Assembly: GCA_964516745.1 (NCBI GenBank)
Contig: CAZEYD010000004.1
Location: 7,972 to 71,971, forward strand
DNA from: Candidatus Woesearchaeota archaeon
GTDB taxonomy: Archaea; Nanobdellota; Nanobdellia; Pacearchaeales; GW2011-AR1
Length of the DNA: 64,000 nt
Direction: 5' to 3'
Made by a program: the position numbers and the translations under genes. Each line of letters begins with the position of its first letter. Within the stretch, counting starts at the first letter, position 1. Of the stretch, positions 36,896-46,688 are shown in pieces. Under the pieces are notes generated by a model. That model was not told the origin of the DNA. It did not search any database and saw only the letters and a program-made list of their open reading frames with translations.

Positions 36896-39310
36896 TTAAA
36901 AGTCTGATAGACTACTTTGTTTTTTATTGTTTAGTTCGTTTTTTATATTTATGTTAAATACTTTAAATATATTCTCTACTGCTGGAATGAGTTGGTTGTT
37001 TAAATAATATTCTATATTATATTCTGCTTTTTCTTCTGGTAAAAAGACTTTATCGCTAATTTTTTTTGTCTTTCTGCCTGTTTCTCCAATGTAATATTTT
37101 ATGGGCATCCCTGTCGTAATATGTAAGCCTTGTTTGGACATTTTTTCTGCAGCTATTACATGTGGTCCCTTTAATACGTAATCTTTAATGTCTTTTTTTA
37201 GTTGTGTTTGTATCATTAGTTTTTCTATGTTGATTTTTCTTTCTAATAAGTTATTTATTGATTTTTTGAATATCTTCAATGCTTGTTTCTCATTTCCTAC
37301 TCTTAATATGGATTCTAATATTTCTTTTTGTAATGCTCTTGCTAGTGGACACCAATCTCTTCTTACTGTTTCAAATCCTCTTATTTTTAATTGATCGTTT
37401 TCTTGCAATAGTGCATATTTCTTTTTTGCACCTTGTGTTGTTGTTCTTTTTGATACGAATATTCCTCTTGGATAAAAGTCTTCAAGATCTAGTTCCATAA
37501 TACCTGGTAAATCGTCGTTTATTTTATTTTGCAAATTTATAATTTGTTTTTTTGTTTTGTCTGATTGTAAAAAAGCTATGGAATCTGTGTCAGAGTAGAT
37601 TATCTGATGTCCTTGTTGTTTTATATTACTTATTGTGGAGAGTATGTGTTTTTTCGCTAGTTGTGTTGTTGCTTCTGCTGCGTCTCTCGAATAATATCTT
37701 GCACCAAAGAATCCCAAATATCCATAACTAGCGTTTGCTAGTAATTTGTATGCATTGCTTCTTGCTTTAGTTAAATTGTTTTTATTTTTCGCATATTCTT
37801 TTTTGTACTTTTTTCTTTGTTCTATTATTTCTTCTAATAATATTGGGAACATTCCTCTTTGTTCTGAAAATTCTTTCTCTTGGATGTGTGTTGCTTTGCT
37901 TAGATTGTAACTTACAATAATTGATCCATACATACTTGTAAAATCAAACATTACAATATTCTCATATAAGTTCGGTTTCGGTTCAAAAACAAATGCTCCT
38001 TCATATTTTTCTGTAGTTCTTCTATTTACTATACTCTCGTTTGTTGGTTTTTTTTCAGCAATTTCATTGAATCTTTTTAAATTATGTAAAATATAATTTT
38101 CACAATTTGTTGCCATTGTGTTTCTACTTATATTGAACATCGGTTCTTTTACTATTTTTGAAAATTCTTTTAAATCTGGGAGTATTGCATGAAATAAATT
38201 ATATGTTACTTTTGAATCTTGAAGGTTATATGAAAATAATTTTAACCAATCTTTTTCTGTCATTTTTGTTAATTTATTGAAATCAAATTCTTCTTTTTTC
38301 TCTCCTATTAATTCGTTAGCTACAGCGTTTAATGATAATGATTCTGTTTGTAAATATTGTGAAAATGCGGAAGAAATGAATCTATAAATATCAACATGAA
38401 CAATGCCATCTATTCTTCCTGTTGGTATTCTTCCTCGTGAAAATGTTGGCTGTGAGTTGTCTATCCCAAGATTTAATTTAATTTTATTTTTTTCTGCTCT
38501 AGCCTTGATATATGGAAGATCAAATCCATCTGAGAAATATCCACATAGAACATCTGGTGCGTATTCTTTGATGTGATTAACGAATGCTTCTATCATTTCA
38601 GACTCTGTGTTATATTGTTCTACATAGTCTGGTTTTGTTGTAGTTTTTTGAAGTGTTAATACTTTTTTTATATTATCTCCGTATAGAGAAATGGCTAAGA
38701 TTTTACTTTTTCCTATTTCTATGTTTTCGGTTTCTATATCGTAAGCTAATACTTTTGGTTGAAAATCTTTTTGTTCTTCCTTTAGTTTGAAGCTGTCTAG
38801 TTTGAAACAAACTTCTAAGTCTATATCGTTGATAATTCCTCCGAAGTCGTCTGTTGTTAGTGGGCCTCCTTCTATAGTATACCAGTTTAATGGTTCTAAA
38901 TCTTTTTCCATTATATATTTTGATAATATGTTTATATCGTATTCTCTTCTATGTAGAATTATTGAACTGTCTCCGATTTCTGAGGCTATTTCGTGTAAAT
39001 CTTTATGATTTGTTGTGAATATTTGAATTGCCTTTACGGGTTTTTCTAGAAACTTTTTATTGTGAATTTGGATGTCTGTTACTTTTGATTTTCTAATGTT
39101 TTTATCTATTTCTATCTTTTTGATTTTTGATATCAGTTTATCTATCTCTTTTTGTTTTACGTTATCTTTTAAAATTAGCCAGAAATTGGGTTGATAATCA
39201 TCAATTACACATATTTGTTTATTATTTGAAGTTCGTCCGATAATTTTTATGTAGTTTTTACCTTCGTAGTCAAAGTAGTTGTAATCGATTGGTATAAAGT
39301 CGCACCTCAT
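36896..39310 (-). CDS. polB: family B DNA polymerase
   Basis: Exo I FDIET, polymerase motif C YSDTDS, and the motif-A region DFTSMYGSII. 804 aa with no intein. Confidence 0.9.
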   Translation of the reverse strand: MRCDFIPIDYNYFDYEGKNYIKIIGRTSNNKQICVIDDYQPNFWLILKDNVKQKEIDKLISKIKKIEIDKNIRKSKVTDIQIHNKKFLEKPVKAIQIFTTNHKDLHEIASEIGDSSIILHRREYDINILSKYIMEKDLEPLNWYTIEGGPLTTDDFGGIINDIDLEVCFKLDSFKLKEEQKDFQPKVLAYDIETENIEIGKSKILAISLYGDNIKKVLTLQKTTTKPDYVEQYNTESEMIEAFVNHIKEYAPDVLCGYFSDGFDLPYIKARAEKNKIKLNLGIDNSQPTFSRGRIPTGRIDGIVHVDIYRFISSAFSQYLQTESLSLNAVANELIGEKKEEFDFNKLTKMTEKDWLKLFSYNLQDSKVTYNLFHAILPDLKEFSKIVKEPMFNISRNTMATNCENYILHNLKRFNEIAEKKPTNESIVNRRTTEKYEGAFVFEPKPNLYENIVMFDFTSMYGSIIVSYNLSKATHIQEKEFSEQRGMFPILLEEIIEQRKKYKKEYAKNKNNLTKARSNAYKLLANASYGYLGFFGARYYSRDAAEATTQLAKKHILSTISNIKQQGHQIIYSDTDSIAFLQSDKTKKQIINLQNKINDDLPGIMELDLEDFYPRGIFVSKRTTTQGAKKKYALLQENDQLKIRGFETVRRDWCPLARALQKEILESILRVGNEKQALKIFKKSINNLLERKINIEKLMIQTQLKKDIKDYVLKGPHVIAAEKMSKQGLHITTGMPIKYYIGETGRKTKKISDKVFLPEEKAEYNIEYYLNNQLIPAVENIFKVFNINIKNELNNKKQSSLSDF

Positions 39311-39418
39311 GTTGATTTTAGGGGAAAGACTTATTTAAAGTTGAGTGGGAGATGTTGCGTCCTTATTTAGTAGTTACACTTACGAAAGGTTTAAATAGGT
39401 TTTTTGGTTTGATTTTTT

Positions 39419-40288
39419 ATGGAATCAGATATAATTGATTGGAATCCTTTAGAGTTCTTACTTGCTTCTGAATCATCAGAATATGCTAAGAAGTCTCTTT
39501 CTAATGTGGAAGCGAATAAAAATACTGATGAGTTTTTCTATAATGCGAAAGTGGATGAATGGGCAAAAGAGAAACTAATTGGCGATGATGACGATGTAGA
39601 TTATTATTGGAAAGAGATGTTTATGGGAAAGTCTAATGGAGTTTGGAAAGAGATAGAGAATTATCAAAACTTTGAATGGCCATTAGGTAATGGTGAATTT
39701 GATGAACTTGTAATAAAATTTAATGATGAGAACAATTCTTCAACTAAAAATGATTATGTAGAGATGTTTAAGGGTGATTACTCAAAAATATATGAGATTT
39801 TGGATGGTGATGACTCTGGTTCTGTAATTGAACAATTCTTGGTGGAGTATTTAGGAAAATTGCAAAGGCCGAATAAATCAGAATCTCATTTAAAAGAAAG
39901 TCAATTGGAAGCTGAAATTAATGTTGACAAAGTTCCTCTAGTTAATAAAGAATCTGATTATAATATTGCTAAAAATCAAATTTCTAATGAATATGGTAAA
40001 GATATAATATTTTATTCTACAATAAAAAAGATTTTATATTCTGATGAAAATCCTAGAACAAAAGTGAAGGAGCTTGATGACGTAGCATCAGGTCATCCAG
40101 AGTTTTCTCGAGATGTAGGTAAAATATTTGGTAATATTAGTCTTAATGTCTTTCCATTAGGGACTAATGGTACTTATGATGCTAATTATGCTTGGAAGAT
40201 TCGTAAAGGAAAAGAAGGATTTGATGAATTTATTAATAAAATAGATAAAAAAGATTTGGTTAATAAATATCTAGATATGGTGTTTTAG
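39419..40288 (+). CDS. hypothetical acidic protein (289 aa)
   Basis: ORF divergent from polB and upstream of fen. D/E-rich. Confidence 0.35.
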   Translation: MESDIIDWNPLEFLLASESSEYAKKSLSNVEANKNTDEFFYNAKVDEWAKEKLIGDDDDVDYYWKEMFMGKSNGVWKEIENYQNFEWPLGNGEFDELVIKFNDENNSSTKNDYVEMFKGDYSKIYEILDGDDSGSVIEQFLVEYLGKLQRPNKSESHLKESQLEAEINVDKVPLVNKESDYNIAKNQISNEYGKDIIFYSTIKKILYSDENPRTKVKELDDVASGHPEFSRDVGKIFGNISLNVFPLGTNGTYDANYAWKIRKGKEGFDEFINKIDKKDLVNKYLDMVF

Positions 40289-40329
40289 TATATCATAAAA
40301 TCTAAATAGTTTCTTTACTCTATTATAAT

Positions 40330-41355
40330 ATGGGATTAAATATTAGTGAAATAATACCTAGGCGAAATGTTGATGTTGCGGAGCTTAGAGGGAAAATCAT
40401 TGCAATTGATGCATATAATACTTTATACCAGTTTCTTACTTCTATTCGTCAAGTTGATGGAACTCCTTTGAAAGATAGTAGTGGAAAGATTACTTCTCAT
40501 TTATCTGGTTTGTTCTATAGAAATATTAGTTTGTTATTAGAAGGAATTAAACTTGTTTATGTTTTTGATGGAGTTCCTCCTGAATTAAAAAGAGGTGAAA
40601 TAGAGAAACGTAAAGAAGCGAAAGCATTTGCACAAGTTAAGTATGATGAGGCTAGACGTATTGAAGATATTGATGGAATGAGAAAATATTCTGCTAGGAC
40701 TGTTAAATTAACTGATGATATTATTAGAGAGAGTAAAGAATTATTGATTGCAATGGGTATACCTGTAATAGAGGCTCCGAGTGAGGGTGAAGCTGAAGCT
40801 GCTAGTTTGGCAAATAAAGGTTTGGTTTGGGCTTCTGCTTCTCAGGATTATGATTCTTTGTTATATGCTACACCTTTTTTGATTAGAAATCTGACACTTG
40901 CTCGTCGTAGGAAAACCGCTTCAGGTATGTATATAGATATTAAGCCTGAGTTGGTTGAATTTAAACGTGTATTGAATCGATTAGATATTGATCGTGATCA
41001 ATTAATTTGTTTAGCTATTCTTGTAGGAACTGATTATAATCCTGGTGGAGTTAAAGGTTTGGGTCAAAAAAGAGCACTAGGAATTGTTCAAAGGTACAAG
41101 TTTCCATTTGAGATATTCAAACATGTAGAAAAGAACTTTGAGTTTATTTTTGATTGGCAAGAAATTTATAAATTGTTTCATGAATATGAGACAGCGAATT
41201 TAGATGAGATTGAATTTCCGGAATTGGATAAGGAGAAAATAAAGGAAATTTTGAGTAGTCATGATTTTTCTGAATCTAGAATTGATTCTGCATTGTTGAA
41301 GTTGGATAAGGTTACTGAGTTGAAGAAGCAGAAAGGATTGGGTGAATTTTTCTAA
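40330..41355 (+). CDS. fen: flap endonuclease 1
   Basis: The N-terminal MGLNISEIIP...GKIIAIDAYNTLYQFL is the XPG-N signature. Internal region GIPVIEAPSEGEAEAA. Confidence 0.9.
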   Translation: MGLNISEIIPRRNVDVAELRGKIIAIDAYNTLYQFLTSIRQVDGTPLKDSSGKITSHLSGLFYRNISLLLEGIKLVYVFDGVPPELKRGEIEKRKEAKAFAQVKYDEARRIEDIDGMRKYSARTVKLTDDIIRESKELLIAMGIPVIEAPSEGEAEAASLANKGLVWASASQDYDSLLYATPFLIRNLTLARRRKTASGMYIDIKPELVEFKRVLNRLDIDRDQLICLAILVGTDYNPGGVKGLGQKRALGIVQRYKFPFEIFKHVEKNFEFIFDWQEIYKLFHEYETANLDEIEFPELDKEKIKEILSSHDFSESRIDSALLKLDKVTELKKQKGLGEFF

Positions 41356-41453
41356 GCTTTTTCTTTTAAGAAAAGAAAACCCTTGGAAAAAGAAAAATTA
41401 TAGTCTGGATGAATAAAATAAATTGTTAACTTTTTTGATATTATTCAAATAGA

Positions 41454-42026
41454 CTAGTGATTATTTTTTAATTTATCGATAATTATTAATTCATCTAAAA
41501 TTTCCTTTACATGTTCTTTATATTCAATCCAGTTTATTACTCGATTTCCATTTTTATCTAATTTTTTTAATACTTCGTCTAATAATTGAGGTTCTATTTT
41601 TCCAAAATATCCATTTCCTGTAGCATGATACCCGGTTATATTATTGTTGTCGTCTTTTATAAGACATAATTCTAAACTTCCGTTTTTTATTCTTGCAAAG
41701 TTTTTTATCCCTTCAGATAGAGAGTTCTTTGTTGCGTATATATCCATTGGCTCTTCTCCAAGATATACTACATCATCTTCATTTTTAATGTTTAAATCTT
41801 TCATTATATATTCTATATCACTTCTGTTTTCAACATTTAAGTTTTTCATTATATATTCTAAGCTATGAGATCTTTTCTTTACGTCCTGTTCTGTTGGTAG
41901 TTGATAACTTTGACAACTAGTCAAAAATATTCCAGCGATAATTGGTATTGATGCAATTGTTATAAGCGTTTTTGCTCCATTTGAAATATATTTTCCTAAG
42001 TTTCCTAATGAATATTTGTTTTTCAT
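41454..42026 (-). CDS. hypothetical lipoprotein-like protein with internal 12-aa tandem repeat (EYIMKNLNVEN/EYIMKDLNIKN)
   Basis: N-terminal TM/lipobox-like (IAGIFLTSCQ). The repeat is visible in both protein and DNA. Confidence 0.35.
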   Translation of the reverse strand: MKNKYSLGNLGKYISNGAKTLITIASIPIIAGIFLTSCQSYQLPTEQDVKKRSHSLEYIMKNLNVENRSDIEYIMKDLNIKNEDDVVYLGEEPMDIYATKNSLSEGIKNFARIKNGSLELCLIKDDNNNITGYHATGNGYFGKIEPQLLDEVLKKLDKNGNRVINWIEYKEHVKEILDELIIIDKLKNNH

Positions 42027-42160
42027 ATATTGTACAATAATTTATGCTTTATAAAGCTTATGTCTAGTTGCCACTACGGAGTTACATATTTAAAATGTGC
42101 AAAATTTATTAGAATTATTTTTGTCTATAACTTTATTAATTGTGTTTTTCTTTGGTTGTT

Positions 42161-42913
42161 ATGGGATATTGGGGAGTTGTTAATAATTGTTTGAAGAATG
42201 CTGATGTTGTTTTGTTTATTTTGGATGCGAGAATTCCTAATGAGAGTGCTAATCGTGAAGTTTTGAGAAAAGCGGGGGATATGAGTAAGGATTTGATTTT
42301 TGTTTTTAATAAATGTGATTTGATAAATGCGAAAAATTTGAAAAAATTGAAAGAGAAATATGAGGATGCGTTTTTTGTAACAATTAAAAGAAGAATATCA
42401 ATTCTTGCTATAAAGAAGCATTTGGATAAGTTGGCTGAGAATAGAGATAAGGATCAAGCTTTGCGTGTTGCTTTGATTGGTTATCCAAATGTTGGGAAAT
42501 CAAGTGTTTTGAATATTCTTGTTCCTGAAACGAGGGCAAAAGTTAGTAGTGTTAGTGGAACAACGAAGAAAACTCAATGGATTAGACAAGGTAATTTGCG
42601 TTTTATGGATACTCCTGGTGTGATTCCAAAATATGATTCTAGAGTTCGTGTTGGTTTGACTGCATCAAAAGATGCTCATAAGTTGAAAAATCCTGATAAG
42701 GTTGCGTATGAGGTGATTAAGGTTTTGAGAAAACAGAATCCTGAGGGTTTTAAGAAGACTTATGGAATTTCTTATGATGATGAAGATAGTGATTATGATA
42801 TTTTGTTACAGATTGGTGAGAAACGAAAATATTTGATTAAAGGTGGAGATGTCGATGAGAATAGAACTGTTACACAGATTATTAGTGATTGGCAAAAGGG
42901 ACGAATTAAATAG
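42161..42913 (+). CDS. circularly permuted ribosome-biogenesis GTPase (YlqF/RbgA/Nug-like)
   Basis: G4 (NKCDL) precedes G1 (GYPNVGKSS), G2 (SGTT) and G3 (DTPG), which is the permuted order. Confidence 0.7.
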   Translation: MGYWGVVNNCLKNADVVLFILDARIPNESANREVLRKAGDMSKDLIFVFNKCDLINAKNLKKLKEKYEDAFFVTIKRRISILAIKKHLDKLAENRDKDQALRVALIGYPNVGKSSVLNILVPETRAKVSSVSGTTKKTQWIRQGNLRFMDTPGVIPKYDSRVRVGLTASKDAHKLKNPDKVAYEVIKVLRKQNPEGFKKTYGISYDDEDSDYDILLQIGEKRKYLIKGGDVDENRTVTQIISDWQKGRIK

Positions 42914-42956
42914 GCTTTGTGATTAATTATAAAAAGTCATTTTGTTTTGTTTTGTT

Positions 42957-44651
42957 ATGGATTATTTTAAATTGTGTGATGTATATGAGAAATTGGAATT
43001 TACCGCTAAGGGGCTTGAAAAGGCCTCTATTCTAGCTAAGTTTTTGGATGAGATTAAGGGAGAATTTAAATATATTTATTTATTACAAGGAAGAATTTTC
43101 CCAGATTATGATAATCGTGAATTGGGAATGTCTATTCAATTAGTGATTAAGGCTATTGCTAAGGCTTCTGGTTTTAGTGAGAGTGGGGTTTTGAATGAAT
43201 TTAAGGAAAGGGGTGACCTGGGTGAAGTTGCTTATGAATTGGTTGGTAAAAGGAAACAACAGACATCATTGTTTTCTAGTAAATTAAGTGTTGAAAAAGT
43301 TTTTGAGAGTTTGTTGAAGATTACGACTTTGGAAGGGAAAGGAACGGTTGGGACGAAGATTAGTTTGATTGTAGATTTGTTACATTCTGCTGTTGGTGTC
43401 GAGACGAAATATATTGTGAGAACTGTTTTGGCAGATTTAAAGATTGGTATTGGGAGTGGTTTAATTAGAGATTCAATTGTTGAATATTGTTTTCATCCTG
43501 ATGATATGGATAAAAAAAGAGAATTTGCCTCTAAGGTTCAGAGTGCTTATAATTTAGCGACGGATTGGGCTATTGTGTTTGAAAGAGCATGTGAGAATAG
43601 GCTTGATGATATTAAGCTTTCTCCGAAGAAACCTGTTAAGGTTATGCTTTATCCGAAAGTTCGTAGTGCTGAAGAGGCGCTTAAAGTTGTTGGTAGTCCT
43701 GCTGCATTTGAGTATAAATATGATGGATTTAGAATGATGATTAATAAAGATGAGGATGGTAATGTGAAGCTTTTTACTAGAAGATTAGAAGATGTTAGTA
43801 TACAATTTCCTGAGGTTGTTGAATATGTTAAAACTCATATTAAAGGAAAAAGCTTTATTGTTGATTCTGAGGCAATTGGTTATGATAAAAAAACAAAGAA
43901 GTATACCGAGTTCCAAGCAATTAGTCAGAGAATTAGGAGAAAGTATGATATTGAAAGATTAGTCGATGAATTACCTGTTGAATTAAGAGTCTTTGATATT
44001 ATTTATTATGAGGGTGAGAACATGATTGAAAAAACCTATGAGTATCGTAGAGAATTTTTGTCAAAACTTATTATCGAGGAAAAATTAAAAATTGGTCTTG
44101 CTGAAAGGATTGTTACTGATAGTATTGATGAGGCGCACGATTTTTTTAATAGAGCTTTGGCTGATAATCAGGAAGGTTTGATGGTTAAAGGGCTTGACAA
44201 GCAGTATAAGCCTGGTGCTAGAGTTGGATATGGTGTTAAATGGAAACCTGTTGATTCTGATTTTGATTTGGTTATTACGGGTGCCGAATGGGGAAATGGA
44301 AAACGTGCTGGTTGGTTGACTAGTTTTGATATTGCCTGTAGAAATGGAAATGGTGAGTTATTGGAAATAGGAAGAGTCGGTAGTGGTGTTAAAGAATTAG
44401 AACAAGAGGAGGGGGGAGATGTTAGTTATAGTGAGTTGACTGAAATGTTAAAGGTGTTGATTATTAGTGAAGAGGGAAAACATGTTAGTGTTAAACCTGA
44501 GATTGTTGTGACAATTCAATTCCAAAATGTTCAAAAATCACCGAGTTATTCTTCAGGATATGCTTTAAGATTTCCACGAATTACTTGTTTACGTCCAGAT
44601 AGAAATGTTGAAGATATAACAACTGTCGAAGAGGTTGAGGAAGAAATTTAG
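42957..44651 (+). CDS. lig: ATP-dependent DNA ligase
   Basis: Adenylation motif EYKYDGFRMMI (KxDG). The MDYFKLCDVYEKLE N-terminus is typical of archaeal LigI-type ligases. The track TTG start is at 42942. Confidence 0.9.
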   Translation: MDYFKLCDVYEKLEFTAKGLEKASILAKFLDEIKGEFKYIYLLQGRIFPDYDNRELGMSIQLVIKAIAKASGFSESGVLNEFKERGDLGEVAYELVGKRKQQTSLFSSKLSVEKVFESLLKITTLEGKGTVGTKISLIVDLLHSAVGVETKYIVRTVLADLKIGIGSGLIRDSIVEYCFHPDDMDKKREFASKVQSAYNLATDWAIVFERACENRLDDIKLSPKKPVKVMLYPKVRSAEEALKVVGSPAAFEYKYDGFRMMINKDEDGNVKLFTRRLEDVSIQFPEVVEYVKTHIKGKSFIVDSEAIGYDKKTKKYTEFQAISQRIRRKYDIERLVDELPVELRVFDIIYYEGENMIEKTYEYRREFLSKLIIEEKLKIGLAERIVTDSIDEAHDFFNRALADNQEGLMVKGLDKQYKPGARVGYGVKWKPVDSDFDLVITGAEWGNGKRAGWLTSFDIACRNGNGELLEIGRVGSGVKELEQEEGGDVSYSELTEMLKVLIISEEGKHVSVKPEIVVTIQFQNVQKSPSYSSGYALRFPRITCLRPDRNVEDITTVEEVEEEI

Positions 44652-44692
44652 TAAAAAAGCTATTTGAATATTTTGTTTGATTATTAAATTAA

Positions 44693-45349
44693 ATGAGCCA
44701 AAGCCTTTATAAAGGAAATGGGATATATTTCATTATGGTTGTATCTAAATCTAGTGGTAAAAAAGACTTAACTTTACGTGTTCAAAATATAGTAGCGACG
44801 ACATCTTTGGAAAAAGAGGTCAGTTTAACAAAATTAGCTAGAACTCAACCTAATACAGAATATAATCCTGATACATTCCCTGGTTTAGTTTTAAGAGTTA
44901 AAGAACCTAAGAGTGCCGTATTGGTGTTCTCGTCTGGAAATTTGGTATGTACTGGAACAAAATCTGTTTCTCAAGTAAGAGAAGTTGTTCAACAGGTTAT
45001 AAAACAGTTGAAGAAAATAGGTGTAAATGTTACTGTTAAGCCAAAAATCACAGTTCAAAATATTGTTGCTAGTGGTGCGATTGATTTAGATTTGAATTTG
45101 AATACTTTATCTTTAGAGTTAGAGAATACAGAATATGAACCTGAGCAATTCCCAGGTTTGGTTTATAAGTTAGAAGATCCAACAGCTACTTTTTTATTGT
45201 TTAGTAATGGAAAGTTGGTATGTACTGGAACTAAGAATAAAGTTCAGTTAGATGATTCTATGATTCAATTGAATACTAATGTTAGAGCTGCATTGAAAAG
45301 GATTAAAGATATGCAGAAGAAGGCTAAGGAAGCTGAAGACGATTTCTAG
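44693..45349 (+). CDS. tbp: TATA-box binding protein (two direct repeats)
   Basis: Repeat 1 is EYNPDTFPGLVLRVKEPKSAVLVFSSGNLVCTGTKS and repeat 2 is EYEPEQFPGLVYKLEDPTATFLLFSNGKLVCTGTKN. An alternative ATG lies at 44735. Confidence 0.85.
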   Translation: MSQSLYKGNGIYFIMVVSKSSGKKDLTLRVQNIVATTSLEKEVSLTKLARTQPNTEYNPDTFPGLVLRVKEPKSAVLVFSSGNLVCTGTKSVSQVREVVQQVIKQLKKIGVNVTVKPKITVQNIVASGAIDLDLNLNTLSLELENTEYEPEQFPGLVYKLEDPTATFLLFSNGKLVCTGTKNKVQLDDSMIQLNTNVRAALKRIKDMQKKAKEAEDDF

Positions 45350-45391
45350 TTAGAGATTAATATATGTTTTTGAAACAAATATTTGTGTTAA

Positions 45392-45640
45392 TTATAAAGA
45401 TATTTGTTTTTGTAAAAGCATTATTTCTAACAAATTAATATTTTTTATTTTCTTAAATTTTGGATCCCATGATGGCTTATAATTTTTTTTTAATGTATCG
45501 ATATCTTTTCTATAAATTGCAGCATGTTCTGGAGAGATAGAACGTGAATTTTTGATATTTTTTGATACAGAATTAAGGGTATTATTCCATCGATCATATC
45601 TAAATTCGATTTCTCTTTTGGTTCCTGTGTATGTATTCAT
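45392..45640 (-). pseudogene. 5'-truncated copy of the gene family represented by 49988..50464
   Basis: Protein and DNA similarity to the 158-aa paralog continue upstream of this ORF's Met (…YKPFLKDNS-MNTYT… vs …YKPFFSKNS-MKTYT…) until an in-frame stop. Confidence 0.35.
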
Positions 45641-45830
45641 AGAATTATCCTTGAGAAACGGTTTATAAGTTTTTATATTTGAAGTTAATTGGAATAAAAA
45701 AGATTATAAAGACTTTATTATGTTTGTGTGCATGGTTAATCATACAAGTGGGTTACATCACTATCATATTAGAAAAAGAATTCATCAGAAGCATGAAGTT
45801 TATCCTAGTCCGAAAAAATCTATTCGTTTT

Positions 45831-46076
45831 ATGGATAAGGCGGTATATATCGTTGGTATTATTGGTCCGTTGATGACAATCCCTCAATTGATGAAAATTT
45901 GGATTGAACAGAATGTCTCTGGGATTTCTATTCTTTCGTGGGGTACATATCTTTTTACCGCATTGTTTTGGTTAGTATATGGAATAATTCATAAAGAGAA
46001 ACCGTTGATTTTTATGTATTCTTTATGGGTATTGGTTGAGATTTTTGTCGTGATTGGAATTGCGATTTATGCCTGA
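45831..46076 (+). CDS. PQ-loop / SemiSWEET-like 3-TM membrane protein (second copy)
   Basis: The IIGPLMTIPQLMKIW PQ motif plus W/Y-rich TM2-3, similar to 18685..18939. ATG at 45831 in frame with the longer track ORF. Confidence 0.5.
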   Translation: MDKAVYIVGIIGPLMTIPQLMKIWIEQNVSGISILSWGTYLFTALFWLVYGIIHKEKPLIFMYSLWVLVEIFVVIGIAIYA

Positions 46077-46513
46077 TGTTTTTTTATAGATTGTAATAAT
46101 GCGTGCTCTAGTTTCTTAGGCTCATCTGTTCCTATTCTATATGTTTGATTATTTTTAGTTTTTATTTCAATTGCATCGAATCCAGAGATGTTATAAATTC
46201 TCATACTTGGCCAGAACCAAATTCTTATTCCCCATCCGTAATACCAATGATTTTTTACTGTTTTTACTGACGTTATTGTTTTTAGTGGGAAGTTTTTTTT
46301 GTATATTCCATAACCGAATTTTATTTGTAGATTGGTTTTGTTTATTGTGACTTTGAGTGTTGAGAAAGATGCAAGAATTAATGTTACGGAAAGTATTGTT
46401 ACGAGGACAATCTTGTTAAAATTAGTTTGTATTAAAATAAATGTGTAGAGTAATGTTGTTGCGAATAGGGTGTATAATATTAGATATCCAATTTGTGTGT
46501 GTTTGTAGTTCAT
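46067..46513 (-). CDS. membrane protein with bacterial-PH (YdbT/DUF304-like) domain
   Basis: Two N-terminal TM helices are followed by a ~90-aa beta-rich domain with a W/Y/G-rich segment (NHWYYGWGIRIWFWPSMRIY). Confidence 0.4.
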   Translation of the reverse strand: MNYKHTQIGYLILYTLFATTLLYTFILIQTNFNKIVLVTILSVTLILASFSTLKVTINKTNLQIKFGYGIYKKNFPLKTITSVKTVKNHWYYGWGIRIWFWPSMRIYNISGFDAIEIKTKNNQTYRIGTDEPKKLEHALLQSIKKHQA

Positions 46514-46688
46514 GTTGTTTGGAAGATTTATATTTTTATAAGGGTTTTGGGTTATTACTAGCTATTTTAGAACACTTATAGAAAAGAATTAAGTCTTTCT
46601 CTTTTTTTTAGGTTATCTTTTTAAATGCTCTTTTCCTTTTTGGAAAATCGTAAAGGTAAAAAAAGTTAAAAAATCTGATGTTTTGGGT

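Noticed and set aside
42140-42160. The TTG-initiated N-terminal extension (MCFSLVV) of the cpGTPase, and similar TTG starts in the ORF track (11847, 15432, 18315, 32915, 42942, 46683).
   Set aside because: In each case an in-frame ATG lies a few codons downstream and fits the homolog N-termini better. Features are reported from the ATG, and the true start remains uncertain.
45720-45830. The longer 118-aa form of the second PQ-loop protein starting at 45720.
   Set aside because: The N-terminal extension (MFVCMVNHTSGLHHYHIRKRIHQKHEVYPSPKKSIRF) is non-hydrophobic and unlike SemiSWEETs. The internal ATG at 45831 gives the expected ~80-aa 3-TM protein.
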